Part shown: piece by piece, positions 48,200 to 62,594 of the stretch
Layout: every line of letters begins with the position of its first letter
How positions within the stretch are numbered: position 1 is the first letter of the stretch
DNA from: Mobula hypostoma
Lineage: Eukaryota
DNA length: 64,000 nt
Reading direction: 5' to 3'
NCBI RefSeq assembly: GCF_963921235.1
Contig: NC_086118.1
Span: 23,066,001-23,130,000 of the forward strand
Translations under genes and position numbers: made by a program
The notes under the pieces: generated by a model
Database searches by the model: none
What the model saw: the letters and a program-made list of their open reading frames with translations, nothing else
What the model was told of the DNA's origin: nothing

Positions 48200-49645
48200 A
48201 AGAGAAAGAACATGCAGGAGGGGCTACTGAAGAACAGTTAGATATTGGCAGGTATAATGTTATGGGCATCTGAGATTCATGGTTAAAGTAAGATCACAGC
48301 TAGCAGCTAAACATCCAAGGGTACTCATCCTGTTGAAAGGACAAGCAGGTGGGCAAAATGAGTTGGGTGGCTCTATTGGTAAAAAAATGAAATCATTTCC
48401 TTTGAAAGAAGTATCATAGGATTAGAAGATGTAGAACCCTTGTGGGCAGTGTTAAGACACTGCAAGAGTAAAAAGATTCTGATGGGATTAAATATGCAGA
48501 CCTCTGATTAGTATCCAGAATGTGGGTTTCAACTGGAAACGAGAGAAAGAAAAGGTGCGTAAAAGGGGCAAAGTTGTGATGATAATGGGGGATTTCAATA
48601 CAAAGAGCGATTGGGAAAATTATGTTAGCACTGATCCTAAGAGAAGGAATTTGTAGAATCCCTACCTCAGGGCTTGTTCTTGTGCTTGAGCCCATGAGAG
48701 AAAAGGCCATTCTGGATTTGGTGTTGTACAATGAACCAGACATAATTAGGGAGCTTAAGGTAAAGGAACCTGCAGGAGTTGGTCATCACGATGTGATAGT
48801 ATTCACCCTGCAGTTGGAGAGAGAGAGGGAGCAAGCTAAAACTGGATATATCAGTATCACAGCTCCATAAAGGTAATTATAGAGTGATGAGAGAGGAACC
48901 AGCCAAAGTTGATTGGAGGGGACATTAGCAGGGATGAATCAGTATCAGAGACAGAATCAGGTTTAATATCACTGGCATAGCGTATCTCGTGAAATTTGTA
49001 GTGCAAAAAGAGAGTTAAAAATAGTGGGAGTGTGTTCATGGGTTCACTGTCCATTCAGAAATCTGATGACAAAGGGAAAGAAGCTCTTCCTGAAACTTAT
49101 GGACCCAGCTGTACCACTGAACATAGACTTTCAAGAGCTTCACTGGTTACTGGATGACTCTGAAGGAGCTGCCAGAGAACAATAAAGCTGAGATCTAAAC
49201 AATAAGCATGAAGAGGAAATTAGTAGAGATATTTAGCTGTTCAATAATTAAACATTTAGGTGTCTATAAGATTTCAAATAGTAAAAGTTAATACAATATA
49301 TGGACAGAATAGAAGGACATCACTTTAGAACAGAGATGAGGAGGTACTTGTTTATTCACTTGGCTGCTTTTTGCTTCCTAGAATGTTATAATTCTTAATA
49401 ATTTCTTTAGGCAGAGGGCGGTGACTCTGTGGAATTCATTGCCACGGACAACTGTGGGTACCAAGTTATTAGGTATATTTAAAGCAGAGGTGATAAGTTC
49501 TTGATTGTAGTTGTGTCAAAGGTTAAGGGAAGAAGGCAGGAGAACAGGGTTGAGAGGGAAAATAAATAGTGATGATCAAATGGCAGAGCAGACTGAATGG
49601 ACCAAATAGCTTAAATTCGCCCCTATTTCTTATGGATGTATGGTC
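48200..49645 (+). mobile_element. CR1 LINE remnant: endonuclease region (48200-48935) and 3' end (49307-49645), middle replaced
   Basis: EN motifs IMGDFN and AILDLVLYNEPDII, and a 3' end LWNSLP. A minus-strand Rex1 tail (48936-49094) and the duplicated segment lie between the two parts. Confidence 0.7.
49089..49306 (+). repeat. Dispersed direct repeat, copy 2
   Basis: Diverged copy of 46877-47092. Confidence 0.9.
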
Positions 49646-51479
49646 ATCTGACACAAATTAAATATCGGATGCTTATCAAGTGTTGACATTCCTTTTCTGA
49701 AGTACTGTTAGAGAAATGCATGATGTTCAGTACAGGGTCCCTCACTGGGCACTTCCTGCACAACCTGGTTTTAGTAATACCAGTGTGAGGTGAGACCACA
49801 CGTGGGCAAGTTTCATTACTTACATCCTCTGCCTTGCAGTCACACTTCCATTTTATCACTGCCCACCCTACCATTACTCAGAAAATCCCAAGTGTTTCCC
49901 ATGCATCCCCACCCCAACCCTCTCGGCTCAGTCAGTCTCTCACTAACTGTCGCCTTCTCATTTGAAGTGGCTGCAATCGAATATCAAGACCTGCTCCACT
50001 CGAAACCCATCCTAACCAACTCTCTGACCACGCCCACATACCAACCCTGACTCAGTGTTCCTGGCCTGGCTTTCATTCTCTTTCATTTCTACTGTTCAGT
50101 AATTATATAAACCACATACAATTAAGTCCAATTAAATCACAACAGAATACACTAACAGAAAATGCCTTGCCTGACAATTTGAATGATGCAATGAAAAATG
50201 ATTTTAAAACTCTATATTCAGTTCGAGAAGTGTACTCACCCCTACTTGAACCTCTTTTTGGGTGGTCATCATCATCATTATGTAGACCAATTTTCCTAGT
50301 GATGGACAGCCAAAGAACGCAAAGACTGTCATTGCTTAATATTCCATAGGCTGAACTTATCCTGCTGTAGGTGCTAATATACCATTAACATTTTACAAAA
50401 CTATATTTTAAATCATATTGATTCATGCTCATTCTATGTATGTAAGAGCATGTCTATCATTTTACCAAGTATCTATTTTAACTCCAGGTCCAAAGAGAAT
50501 CTTTAAAATCTCTGGTTCTATGTGATTAGAAAATCAAATCTTTCTTTTCTGACAGTACATTGATTCTTAATGGCTGTGACATAAAATATAATATTGTTTA
50601 AAATGATGTATTTAAAATTGTATTAGTTTCCATTTAGACTGTGTGTAAGAGTCACAAATGAATACTGGCATCAGAGTATTATTTTAAATAAACTTGACAG
50701 GCCACATAGAAGCCAGTGTTATGTATGGTACTGGTGCCAGTTTAGTTGGCTTACATAAAACCAAATGAAAGTCTCTTACTGTTGTAAGGCATTACATTCC
50801 ATCCCTAGAGGCCAGAGACTATAAACAGAGCTTCCCGTTTGGAAACTTTTAATTAAATAACTACAGAGTACTACACATGAAGGCTAGAGCTTTCTCAAGA
50901 GAGGAATTCACTAATGCACAGGGAGGTCTGCAGAAAAATTCCCATTTTGCATAGACTCTTTGATAATGTGAATGTTCAATATGCCATCATATTCTCTATA
51001 AAATACACAGTAAGCATTTAAAATAACTTGTTTTAAATCATTGACATTTGGACAGAAATAGAGTATTAAACATCTCCACGTTCAATAATCAAAATTCATC
51101 CATCTTACGAAGACTTATCTGCTGGTTTACCCAATGATCTGTTTGATCTCAGGTAAAACAAAAGCTTATGCTTAAATAAAATTCTGACTTTTGAAGAAAT
51201 GATTTATTTTCATTGAAACTGTTGGCAGACAGCCAAAAACATTGTAATTGTTCTACCAATTATCTGTAATTAAAACAGTACTTTAATTAAAAAAAAAGAA
51301 ATACATTATCAGTGGAGGAGTATTCTTGGCATGACTCAAAGGCTGCCAGATGTGTCCTGGTTAAGCAGACTAACTGAAAATCCATCTGTTACCTGACCCC
51401 TTGTCTCCAACATGAATGACGTGGAACACTCATTACTGTTGTTTTTGTCAGTCTCCATCTTCACTTAAAGTAAATGAAA

Positions 51480-52200
51480 TCAATAATAATGTATTTATTC
51501 AAGACAGTTCAAAACAGCATTATCAAACAGAATTCCACCCTGAGCTTTATAAGAAGATACGAGAGCAGGTGATCAAAATCTTGACCAAAGTAGAGTTTTA
51601 GGAGTGGTTCAAAATTGGGAGAGCGAGAGAGAAAGATGACAGAGGAATTTCAGTTTTTTGAGTCCTGCAAGAACAACTAGATTATGGAATGATTAAGAGG
51701 CTATAATTGGAATAATAGATTTTTGGAGGTTGTCATGCTAGAGAGAATGACAGAGATAGGAAAGGGCAATGGATTTGAGATTATTCGTCTTGAAGTGTTG
51801 CTTACTTAGGAACCAATATATGACAGCAAACAAAACAGGTGATAAAAGAATGTGATTTGGACAAGTGAAGATGTCTGGTGGTTTTTCCTAACGTCAGGTT
51901 TATGCTCAGTAGAACTGCTGAGGTCAACCAGGAACACATTGGAATAGCCAATTCTGGAAAATGGAAGTTTTGGCATCAAAAGAACTGAATTGGGAGAATA
52001 GGAATAGTAAGACAAAGTAACGGAAGTTGAAATAAATCACTGGAGGATGTACTTTTTTTCAGTTGAAAATTCAGAATAGTTGGAGAGTCAGTTCTGATAT
52101 GATTCGCTGTATTAGTTGGAGAGGGTGAAGTCCATAAGTTGGAGAGGTTGCATGATGTCTAAATTAAATGGAAGGACCTTATCATTTAGAGAACCATAAT
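51480..52200 (-). mobile_element. Ancient L2-type LINE 3' fragment
   Basis: ORF 51806-52015 SRIGYSNVFLVDLSSSTEHKP resembles the L2 SRLDYSNALLAGLP motif. Confidence 0.5.
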
Positions 52201-53559
52201 GGCACAAGGCACTTTATTTCATTGAGTGTATCTGTTGATTATTATTATAGGTAGAGCAGAATATGTGTTTTAGTTTGATAATCTCTATTGACAGTCTGTG
52301 TTTTTTTCAAACCAGATTGTTGTATTAGAATGGCTCCTTGAGTTTGAGTTTGACTGAAAGCAACTGTTGGAAGCTCACTTTCAGTTGACTGGGCTAATCT
52401 TGTCGGAGAACTTGCATTCACTGCAGGGAATGTATAAACTGAAGGATTGAATTAACTGGAGAATCTGCATTAGTTCCATGGTGCTGTCAATTTACAGAAC
52501 CTGTTTTCTGAAGGTAGTCTGTTGGAATTAAGTAAGAGTTAGGACCATTGCAACTAGTGTTTGGCAAACAATAAATGGAACATTTGTGTCCAGAAAAGAA
52601 CACATAACCAAAGCATCCCAAAGGGTAAACTATGGTATTTCCTTCAGCAACTGATGGAGCTCCTTCTCATCAAAAAAATCTCACAGGTCCCTCTCAGATT
52701 ATGCAAAGTACCAGGACTATGGATGGGTGCAGGTAGGACTGAAGAGGTGGATAATGCGTACATCATAAAGAACGAACAGAAATTCTGTAAGTTCATAATT
52801 CAGCAAGTCAGTTTGGAAACTGTGAAAGAACCTATTTTGCTTGTGGTCCAAGAGTCAGATAGTTGACAAAACAAAACAAATTAGCAAGGCCAAGTGGGAG
52901 AACCTGTTTCTGAACCATGGAAATTCCCATCACCAAATCTTTAGGTTTGGGAACAAGGGAAGAGATGGCAGAAAGACCTTTTTCAAATTTCCAACTCTCC
53001 TCATGCCTGCAATTTTCTTATTGCACATGGATCCTTTGACACCACCCAAAGGCAATGATCAATGAAAAACACTCGTGCATAATACTTCTGTGTTTTGCCA
53101 TTCGGGTTAGTCATGTTCTTCTAAATTCCTTCCATATAATACAAGAAACAGGTTCTGCATGTTTTGTGCCCCACTATGTTTTTCCTGGTTGTAGAAGTTG
53201 TACCTTTTGCAATTTACCATTGCTGTTGACTTCAGATCATCACTTGAAGATGAAGATCATGCTACACACACATTACAAATTACAGAGTTAATGAAGAACT
53301 ATGTTGGAAGGATATAAGGAATCCAAGCAGCACTCTAAATGTGATGACTGCAAACGGGCTCTAGACCGATTCAATTACAATACCTGTTCTGCAACTTCAG
53401 TATATTGTAGAATATTGCCTAATTTCACAAATAAAGTATTTATGGTTAGTTAATGCAGAGAACAGCCCACGCATGGAAAGAAGATGAGCTAACTGGTAGG
53501 ACATCCATCCACCAGAGAGACTGCAAAGTATGAATTGTGGGACAGATGGAATAAAGTAC

Positions 53560-54130
53560 TTCAGGTCCACCCCATGCCTGTGACAGAGAGGCGTCAGAGG
53601 AGTCTGTGTGTGAAGGCAGTGCGCAGTTTAACAGTGAGTTATCAATTTTGTCACTTTTGTGTGATCAGAAGACCCTGTAGGACATTGTGAATGTGGAATG
53701 CTACAAGTCTGAGGCACTGATATATTGGTGGACAGCAAGGGAGCTGTGTTGCCTTGCTTGTAGTGAGGACCAGGCCTCAAACTGTGGTGTTGCTTGTTGA
53801 CAGCTACCCAGGAGAGGCATTGGGGTCAATGCATCTCGCCTGAGGTGGTGTGACGTGCTTCCAAGCTGGAGTCGGAGCTACCCCCAGTTTTCACTTGGCA
53901 GAAGGCAAGCTGTATTGTGTTCGACTGCAGACTACTGTAATATTCAAGGGTTCAGGGTCTTGGACTATATATATTTTTGTGAAATTGTATTTTACTGATA
54001 TCTTATATGAGCTTACTATCTTATGTGCCATGTGTGCCTTTTGGTGTGTGCGACTGTCAATACGATTGGATCAGCGTATAATTCACAATTTACTGTTGCA
54101 CATTCTTTAGATGACAACTGTAGAAACTGA
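53560..54130 (+). mobile_element. Non-coding interspersed element with LINE-type tail
   Basis: GC-richer block ending GATGACAACTGTAGAAACTGAAAC. Confidence 0.4.
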
Positions 54131-54503
54131 AACATATATAAATATTCCCGTGATTTTTATCTTTAATTCAATTATTCAGCTCTGAAACCATGAATTAAAA
54201 CAGAGGACTGAATTAGTATTGACCAGACCATTTGCTGATGTTCTTGTTGTGGTGCTGAATGTTACTGGAAATTTGACAGATGATATATTAATGAAAATTA
54301 CAATTTGAAGTGGAAGCTCATTATGACTGTAACCTCGCAGCTATTATATAATAAACCTTGAGCACCTGTAAAGGAATACATTAGATATCTCATCCAATAA
54401 AAGTGTAAAGATCAAAATTAGAACTGATGATCATACTATAAAAAATAACATTTATACATACTCATTTATTTACCTCTCCTTTAATAAACAGGCTTCAAAT
54501 TTG

Positions 54504-54508
<5 letters not shown>

Positions 54509-54546
<38 letters not shown>

Positions 54547-54566
54547 TGTGTGTGTCTGTGTCTGTG
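54509..54566. repeat. (TG)n microsatellite
   Basis: TG run decaying into TCTG units. Confidence 0.96.
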
Positions 54567-55094
54567 GACTGGCCTGCAGTATGTAGCATTACAAGAAGTA
54601 ATTACTCATTTAGTGGCTGTTTCCCAACACAAAATTAATTCATTCTTCACTGACTACATGTGAAATGCATATCTATACATGACCATAGGTTTTGCAGATC
54701 CCATTGGTATCTCTAGCCCTTTCCCTTTTTCATCTCCAACTAATTAATGATTGATAGATACATTGTATTTGGACTGTACAATGTAATCTAATCTGAAGGA
54801 TCTAGGTCTCAGAAAAAAATGACACATAATTCCCGAGAAAGATTATGGTGAAATGATCTGATAACAACTTTAAACTACAAGGTACTACAGCTGAGAACAA
54901 TCAGTGTATGCAAGATCTGGACAAAGGAAATACTGGCATCTTTCATATTTTCACACAACATAGGAGGAGGCTTTTCTACCAGCTGAGTCACTGCCAGCTC
55001 TCAGAGCAATCCCAGCAATCCTGTGCACCCACCTGCTTCCCTGCAATCCATTCTCTCCAGCAGGCACAACAACTTCTCCCAATTCTCCTACATC

Positions 55095-55275
55095 CGCCCT
55101 CAATAAGAGGAATTTACAATGCTGGCCAATGGAAGAAAACCAGAGTAAGTGGAGGAGACCTACAGGGTCACAGGCAGAAGATGCAAAGTCCACACAGATA
55201 GGACTAGAGGTCAGAATCGAGCTTGGATCATTGGAGCTGTGATGTAGCTACACTACTCATCGTGTCACTCTGTCA
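55095..55275 (-). mobile_element. Degenerate HE1/V-SINE-like SINE
   Basis: GGTCACAGGCAGAAGATGCAAAGTCCACACAGA...GGAGCTGTGA reverse-complement head. Confidence 0.65.
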
Positions 55276-55445
55276 CCCATTGTCACCCAAACCTCCTTAT
55301 TTCACTCTATCTCCACCATAATATACGCTGATACCCTCTGTTACTGGGTCCAACTCTAATGAAATAGAACTGCATTGAATAGGACTTCAGTAGATTACCA
55401 ACTTCTGATATAGAGACTTTGTGGGAAAGATCATCATTTCAAAGT

Positions 55446-55577
55446 GAGCTGAAGGGTTTCAGCTAAAAGCGTTGACTGTACTCTTTTCCGTAGTTGCTGC
55501 TTGGTCTGCTGTGTTCCTGCAGGACTTTGTGTCTGTTGCTTGGACTCCAGCATCTGCAGATTTTCTCTTGTTTGTAG
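55446..55577 (+). mobile_element. Penelope-like terminal fragment
   Basis: GAAGGGTTTCAGCTAAAAGCGTTGACTG...CCAGCATCTGCAGATTTTCTCTTGTTTGT. Confidence 0.7.
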
Positions 55578-58500
55578 CCAAACGTTCTGAACTTTCTGTT
55601 TGAAGCTGAATCAAAGGCACCTGATCCCAGTCTGAGTTTCAAGAAATGTCTTGTAAAATCAAATTATGGAAACAAAATTCCGTGATCAAGAAAATTGATT
55701 ATTTCCAGAATAAATCCTAAATATGCATGTTTAAACTGTGACTTTTCATTTCAATGCAGACGGAACACAGATTAGATTGTGAAAATAAAACCTCAAGCAT
55801 GTTGTCATTCCCAATAATTAGCTGCACTTACTATGCATGCCAGCAGTTTCAAGTATAAAAATCCTGTCCAGGATTAAACCCTTATTGGGGTCTGTTCATT
55901 AGCTGCAGCTCATCTGGAATTATTTTGCAGTATATCTTACTACAAGAAAATGGCCACAGAGAATCTCAAAAGAATTAGATTATGTCACACTCTTCACTGA
56001 CTCTGACGCTGTCATCTGTGTGGATGGGATGGAGATAAGAAGGAAATCCTCTGTGCCATGGGGCCAGGAGCAACTGGCCGGAGCTGATTACAGAACTTTT
56101 GTGATGTACCTTCAACACAAAGCTGTGCCCTGAGAAATTCTGCGACCTCACAACATATGCAAGTTGAAAGCTTTAATACATGAAATCAGATCTCGAGAAC
56201 TGTTGTCAGGTTCAACACACCGAAAGACAAACAGAAACACAGAGCAACCAAGCAGAACTGTCACATCACACTAGCAACTTGCACTTGCATCCCCAAGCCA
56301 AAGTCAGAAGATCCAGGTGCTTTACTTAATAGAAAAAGATAGGCTCGCCTCTGTTCAGAGTTTAAACAAGCTAGAAGAGAGGGCTATGTTCGTGATTGCC
56401 ATTGCTAAATCGATGGTTTTATTTATACTCAGCCGTGCTTGCTGGAGCATAAATAGAGAATGAGTTGAAAAGGAGCCCTTATGTAGTACTGAGAGAGAAG
56501 TTCTGCAGCCCAACTACCCAAGAATGAAAGAGTCACATAAGCTCCACTGACAAAGGCTGTAGACAACTTCTACATTCAGGATTGATAATCCTAATGATTT
56601 GTGCAGAGCTCCAGGTTCTGAAAGTTAGTCAAAAAAGCCAAGAGTTGTGGCGGCTATTACAACTCAAGCCTGCAAAACTCACAGCTCCACGTGGCCATCA
56701 GCCTGATGGCATTCTGCTGAAGCAAAAGTAGACAAAGTCGCTTTTGCTTGAGAAGAAAATATGAATTTCTTAATTATCATAAGCAGGAAACTGTGTCAAA
56801 TCTGGCATAGGTTAGCTCAGTACATTCTTGGTGGCAGTAACAGATTTTTTGGGGTGAGCAGTCCAGCCACAGTTCCACGTTTATAGCTCTATCTGCAGAA
56901 TTTTGCAAATTACTGTTCCCAGTGACATAGAAACCATTAACTTAGGGATTAATTGCCTTTTGAAGAGCTTAGTCAAGGACCATGGCTCTCTGAATACTTG
57001 CTGGGCATCGGATGAGCCCTTCCTCCCTTCCTCCCTTCCTCTCCTGGAGCCTGCTCCAGCTCCCTTACTTGTCTTGCACTCCAGCTTGTGCAGTATACCC
57101 TGACCCAGATGTAAAATGGCAGAGTGCTTTTATCTAAAAACTAAAAGGCATGTGCCAGTAACATTGGCTGTGGATCTATTATATTATTTTAAAACCTATT
57201 TGGCCCTCAGAGAAGGAAACTTGCCAACTTAATCCAGTATGGTCTGACCATTGCCTGCCCTCTAAACTGCCCGAGTAAGCCATTCAGTTTAAGTTAAGCT
57301 TGGACACAATGTGCCTGGCTTCTGATGCCAACAAATTTGTTAATGAATAAAATGCTATTGCTAAGCAATACTTCTAAGTGTTTCAAGGCTGTCAATGTAA
57401 CTCAGAGTTCTGTAACCACAGTTTTGTACACGGTGAATCCTCTTAAAACAACACATAGAGTAATTGCCTTGTCTAACTTAAGGAGAACTAGGTGTGCCGA
57501 CAAGTCAATTACTACATTGTAACTAATTGGTTTTGAAGACACATTCAACTTGGCTTCAATGCTTATTTTTCAGATTCAGTTGCTTAAAATTCACTCTGCT
57601 ACAACATTTTCCGGACTTTTGGGAACCCCAGTCCCATATTGAATAAGAATTTTCCGTAATTGCTTCCCTTCAAATTACTGATCTAGACAACTGAGATTGC
57701 TCCCATTGATTTTTCTGTCATTAGATGAAATGATTATGAATAAATCTCAACCCATTTTAATTATTCAATTAGTTTTGATTTTTGTCACACTCAGTAACAA
57801 ATTTTGTGAGCTAAGTCAGCCTCATTTAGGCTGATTTTGTGCCTAAATCCATAGGCTTCATGCCTTCTCCACACAAACAGCATAAAAACGCCATTTCATG
57901 ACTGCTAGGTGTGTGTACTGAAAATTAGTGTGGGGAGTCCAAATGAATTTCTAAGTGGATGCAAGACTATAGAACATTTTAGCTCATGATTGAATACTGT
58001 TGGGCAGATGCAACCTCATACTTATAGAGGTAAAAGGGATAAGCACAATATTAAAACAGTACAGTTGAAGATGAATTTCTGACTGGAATGATAAGGGGCC
58101 ACTAATATTTTAACACAAGGAGAAGTATGAATCGGATCTGGCCCTTATGCAAAACTAGGACACAAAGACAAAAATCAAAACAAAATTGTTTCACTGTTTC
58201 ACAGCACTATCATCACTTGTTTTAATTACCAGAAAATTCGCTGAAGCAAAAACAAGTTAATCCAATGACAAGTTGGTTCAAGATAGTTTCAAAACAAGAC
58301 AAAATAGTTTCAATAGTTTCAATTTTGCTGCCATTGACTTTCCATCTGTCAGCACAAATGTTTCTCACACTATTTTCCCACATATCCCAGGTTTGGCATA
58401 ATATTTATGGTACTAAACATAAACCTCAGATGACAGGTGTTTAAAGAAACCAGCCTCCATTTTATTTACCCAAGAGACTTTCCCTTCGAACTCAGATCAT

Positions 58501-59624
58501 GCAGTATGGTGAATGGGACTTCTCAAGAACGTTAAATTGGCATATATTTAAACTTACATACAGCATGCTATGAACTGCCTAAAATTAACTCTCTAAAACT
58601 GTAGGATCATTTTAATATTTGAAAACATTTAAAATATCGGTCATAATTTATGTCACATAATGCAAGTACTGAAATGTTATATGATCCCTTGTATTCCTTG
58701 AACTTTATTGTAATTTCTATGTGACTCTATGACAGACAGGATATTTTGAAATATGGAAGGTTATTATTCTAAAACATGACAAGAAAAGCATTTTACATTC
58801 CCCGAACAAAATTGCATCACTGGACAAGTATTTACATTTTGGAATTATTTTCCTTCACCTTTGCCAACGGGCCAAATCTAGCTGACTGACATCTGGCAGT
58901 GCCATAGGCGACAGTTGGCTGACAGCCGTTTGTGTCTCAGCTTATTTTGGAATTCCGCACATGCTCAGCCAAACATAGAACAGAAGTCTAAGTGGACTCA
59001 AGGTCAGATGCCGATGCATTGGCCCATCTTCTCCACTGCCGAGACCATCATTAAGCCCAGTGGCATTGAATTAGTGTGCTGGAAAGAGGAAATGGCATTT
59101 GGACCCTGAATTTTACAGCAGGACCGGATGACATATGCATAGACAATTCTGTTCACTCATAGAATCTTAGAGTCCTATAACAAGGAAATTGGCATTTCAG
59201 CCCACAATATCCATCCTGACTATCATGAGGCATCCACTGTCATACAATTTTTCCATTACTGGGCTCATAGCCCTTCTAGACTATGGTTATCTTTAAATGT
59301 TATGTGATATTTACCTGTGTATTTCCTTTGGGCAGTGCACTCCAGTTTCCAATCACCCTCTGGGTTAAAATACATATCTTCCTCAATCCTCACTATCTCT
59401 CATTCTGAAACTATTCCTTCTCAATATATACACTGCCCTATGGTGGAGAAGTTTAAACTATCTAACCCCTCAACATCTTATATACTTCTATCAGATTTTC
59501 CTTTATCCTCTTCCATGTTAAGTAGAAGAATCCCAGTCTATCCAGTATCTCCTCACAACTGAAAATTTACAACCTAGTTGGTGCAATTCTCTCTGTAATC
59601 TCTCCAGTACAATCACATCTTCAA

Positions 59625-59955
59625 AAGTTCAATGTTCAAAGAAATTGTATTATAAAAGTTCATATATGTCATCATATACTACCCTGAGATAAATTTTCTT
59701 GCGGGCATTTTCAGTAAACACAAAGAAACACAATAGAATCAATGAAAAAACTTACACAACAGAGACGGACAAGCCACCGATGTGCATAAGACAACAAACG
59801 GATCAAATACACAATGAAAATAACAGTAATAAGAAGAAATAAATAAGCAATAACTACTGAGAACACAAGTTGTAGAGTCCTTAAAAGTGAGTCCATAGGT
59901 TATGGAATCAGTTCAATGTTGGGATGAGTGAAGTTATCCCCTCTGGTTCAAAAGC
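59625..59955 (-). mobile_element. LINE-dependent element 3' part, nested in an old CR1
   Basis: AAAGTTCAA tail, homologous to 42075-42310. Confidence 0.55.
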
Positions 59956-60070
59956 CATCCTGCATTGTGGCAAGTAGAACTTCTCACAATACTCAAGCTG
60001 TAACCTAACCATTTATCAGCATACCATAACCTCCCATGCCTTAGCTGAAGAAGGCAGATATTGAATCCCC

Positions 60071-60728
60071 TAACCTGGTCCAGCATATTAATGTAGCTAT
60101 AAAGAAGGCAAGACAGTGACTATACTTCTTTAGGAATTTGAAGAGATTTGGTATGTCAGCAAAAACACATAAAAACTTCTATAGATGTACAGTGGAGAGC
60201 ACTCTGACAGGCTTCATCACTGTCTGGAATGGGTGGGGGGGGGGGAGAGGTAGGCTACTGCACAGGACCGAAATAAGCTGCAGAAGGTTGTAAATTTAGG
60301 CATCTCCATCTTGGGTACTAGCCTACAAAGTACACAGGACATCTTCAAGGAGTGGTGTCTCAGAAAGGCAGCGTCCATTATCAAGGAGCCCCCAGCACCC
60401 AGGCCATGCCCTTTTCTCACTGTTGCCATCAGGTAGGAGGTACAGAAGCCTGAAGGCACACACTCAGTGATTCAGGAAATAGCTTCTTCCCCTCTGCCAT
60501 CCGATTCCTAAATGGACATTGAACCCGTGAACACTACCTCAATTTTTAATGTATATGATTTCTGTTTTTGTATGATTTTAATCTATTCAATATACATATA
60601 CTGTAATTGATTTACTTACTTAATTATTTTTAGTTTTTTTCTATATCATGCATTGCTTTGAACTGCTGCTGCTAAGTTAACAAATTTCATGACACATGCC
60701 GGTGATAATAAACCTGATTCTAATTCTG
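60071..60728 (+). mobile_element. Rex1/Babar LINE 3' fragment
   Basis: Encodes KKARQ.LYFFRNLKRFG...FYRCTVESTLTG and ends in the tail AATAAACCTGATTCTAATTCTG. Confidence 0.85.
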
Positions 60729-61145
60729 CTTTCATCACTGTCTTATCTACTTATGCTGCAAGCATCAGTAATATTTGGATTTGTATACCAATGTTTCTTT
60801 GTTCTAGAGCCCCTGTTCATTGTGCATGTTCTACTTTTACTGCCTTTCCAAAATGATCAGGAATAAATTCAACCTGCCCATATTACCAACTGATCATATC
60901 ATCCTGTAGCCAAAGACAACCCACTTCACCATCCACAACACACAAATACTCATTGCTTAGAAAATGTTCCTATTACATACACTCATGTCAAAATTATTCA
61001 TCCATATAACAAAGAGTAGGCTTCCAGAGCAAACCGCATGGTTCACCACTGGTTACAAGACCCCAATCACAAACAACTATCCACAGTCACACACTCCTGC
61101 CTATTATGAGGGTTAATTTCGGATTCAATTTGCTAACCGACTTAC

Positions 61146-61234
61146 CTTAAAATTGCATGAAGTGAGATTTGTGCCTCCAACAAGCAGGTAAGGTAGTAAA
61201 GAGTTACGTTCAGTCTCAGACAATGCCTCTTCAT
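61146..61234 (-). other. Candidate 89-nt exon
   Basis: Minus-strand acceptor TTTTATCAG and consensus donor AAG|GTAAGT. Two frames are open (xEEALSETERNSLLPYLLVGGTNLTSCNFK or MKRHCLRLNVTLYYLTCLLEAQISLHAIL). No homology recognised. Confidence 0.25.
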
Positions 61235-61559
61235 CTGATAAAATCCATATACATACATACTTTGCCGACTCTATAGTGCACTTCGTTGCAGGGAACAAAA
61301 GCACAATTACTAGAATATTCTATTTGGCATACAGCCTGAGAGAACCATTCTGATAAAATTTCAAATTCCTTGTCAGATGAATTCATGAGATGTGAGATTA
61401 CTTTGGCAAAGCCAGCACTTGTGGTCTTTCCCAACTTTTACTGAGTCAGAGTTGGACAACATGGAAGCTAGTACTTTGGTGCAGCACCACCGAGCATCTA
61501 GTTATATAAATCCCACATTAATCCAGTTTCATTATTCCCCTGCATTCCCATATTTTTTC

Positions 61560-61770
61560 CTTAAGATTCTGCCAGTCACTTACACACTTGAAATTTAAAG
61601 TGGTCAGTTGACTTACCAAACCTAAAGTATTTAGGATGCAGGAAGAAACCGGACCATCTTGAGGAAATCCAAGTAGTCATAGGAAGTAGGTGCAAGTTCT
61701 ACACAGACAGCACCAGAGGTCGGATTGAACCGAGCTTGCTGGAGTTGTGCAGCAGCAGTTCTATATGCTG
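61560..61770 (-). mobile_element. HE1/V-SINE-like SINE
   Basis: GGAAGAAACCGGACCATCTTGAGGAAATCC...CACAGACAGCACCAGAGGTCGGATTGAACC. Confidence 0.7.
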
Positions 61771-62594
61771 TATCTATCTGAAGAAGATCTTGGAATGCCG
61801 AATCCTTGAATTGCTGCAGTCCTGACAATGAAGGTACTCTAGCAGTGATTTTAACTCAAGAGTTCCACAATTTGACTTAGTAATGATGAAGGGACTGCAA
61901 TACAATTCCAGCTCAGAGTGGCTGGTGATTTGGAGAAGTGATTAGTTCCTACACTCTCCCCTTGTCCTGCATTGTTGAAATCACAGGTTAGGGTGACACT
62001 ATTGAGCAGGTCTTGACAAAATAGTGTATTGTAGGTAGGGCACGCTGAACCACACTGCATTAGTGGATGGGTAGATAACAGATGAGGGGGAAATAAGTGA
62101 GCTGTTCTGTCTCAGATACAGTTAAGCTTCTTGAACATTGTTGGACTCATCCAGAAAATGGTGAGTATTCCATTGTATTCCTGACTTTCAGATGATGGAA
62201 AAGGTTTGCACTTTTAGGAGACTGGGTCTAGAAACTGATGTAAGTAGAGACATGTTAAAGGGGCTGTGTGCCACTGGCCATTTAAGCATTCAAGTTTTTG
62301 TTTGGGCTTATGGACCTGGGAACTGGTGGTCATTGTTATATTCCTGAAATTGATTTTTGCAATTTGTATGAAAATAGCAATGCCACCATATGCAAATGTA
62401 TTTGTTTTTAGCATTGATCATTTTCATTTCATTTGCCTCTTCCTACGATATACTTGTTCACAGGTAGAATACCTACTGCTTTTGACAAAATGTTGTAAGG
62501 AGATAAAATGAAAATAGCTGTTATTCTGTAATACCCATGTATGGAATGAAAGAAACATTATTAATATCAAATATTTTACTTATATATTTAGAGA

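Noticed and set aside
58860..58980. Cluster of E-box, Meis and MEF2-like words
   Set aside because: Short motifs are expected by chance and there is no independent support.
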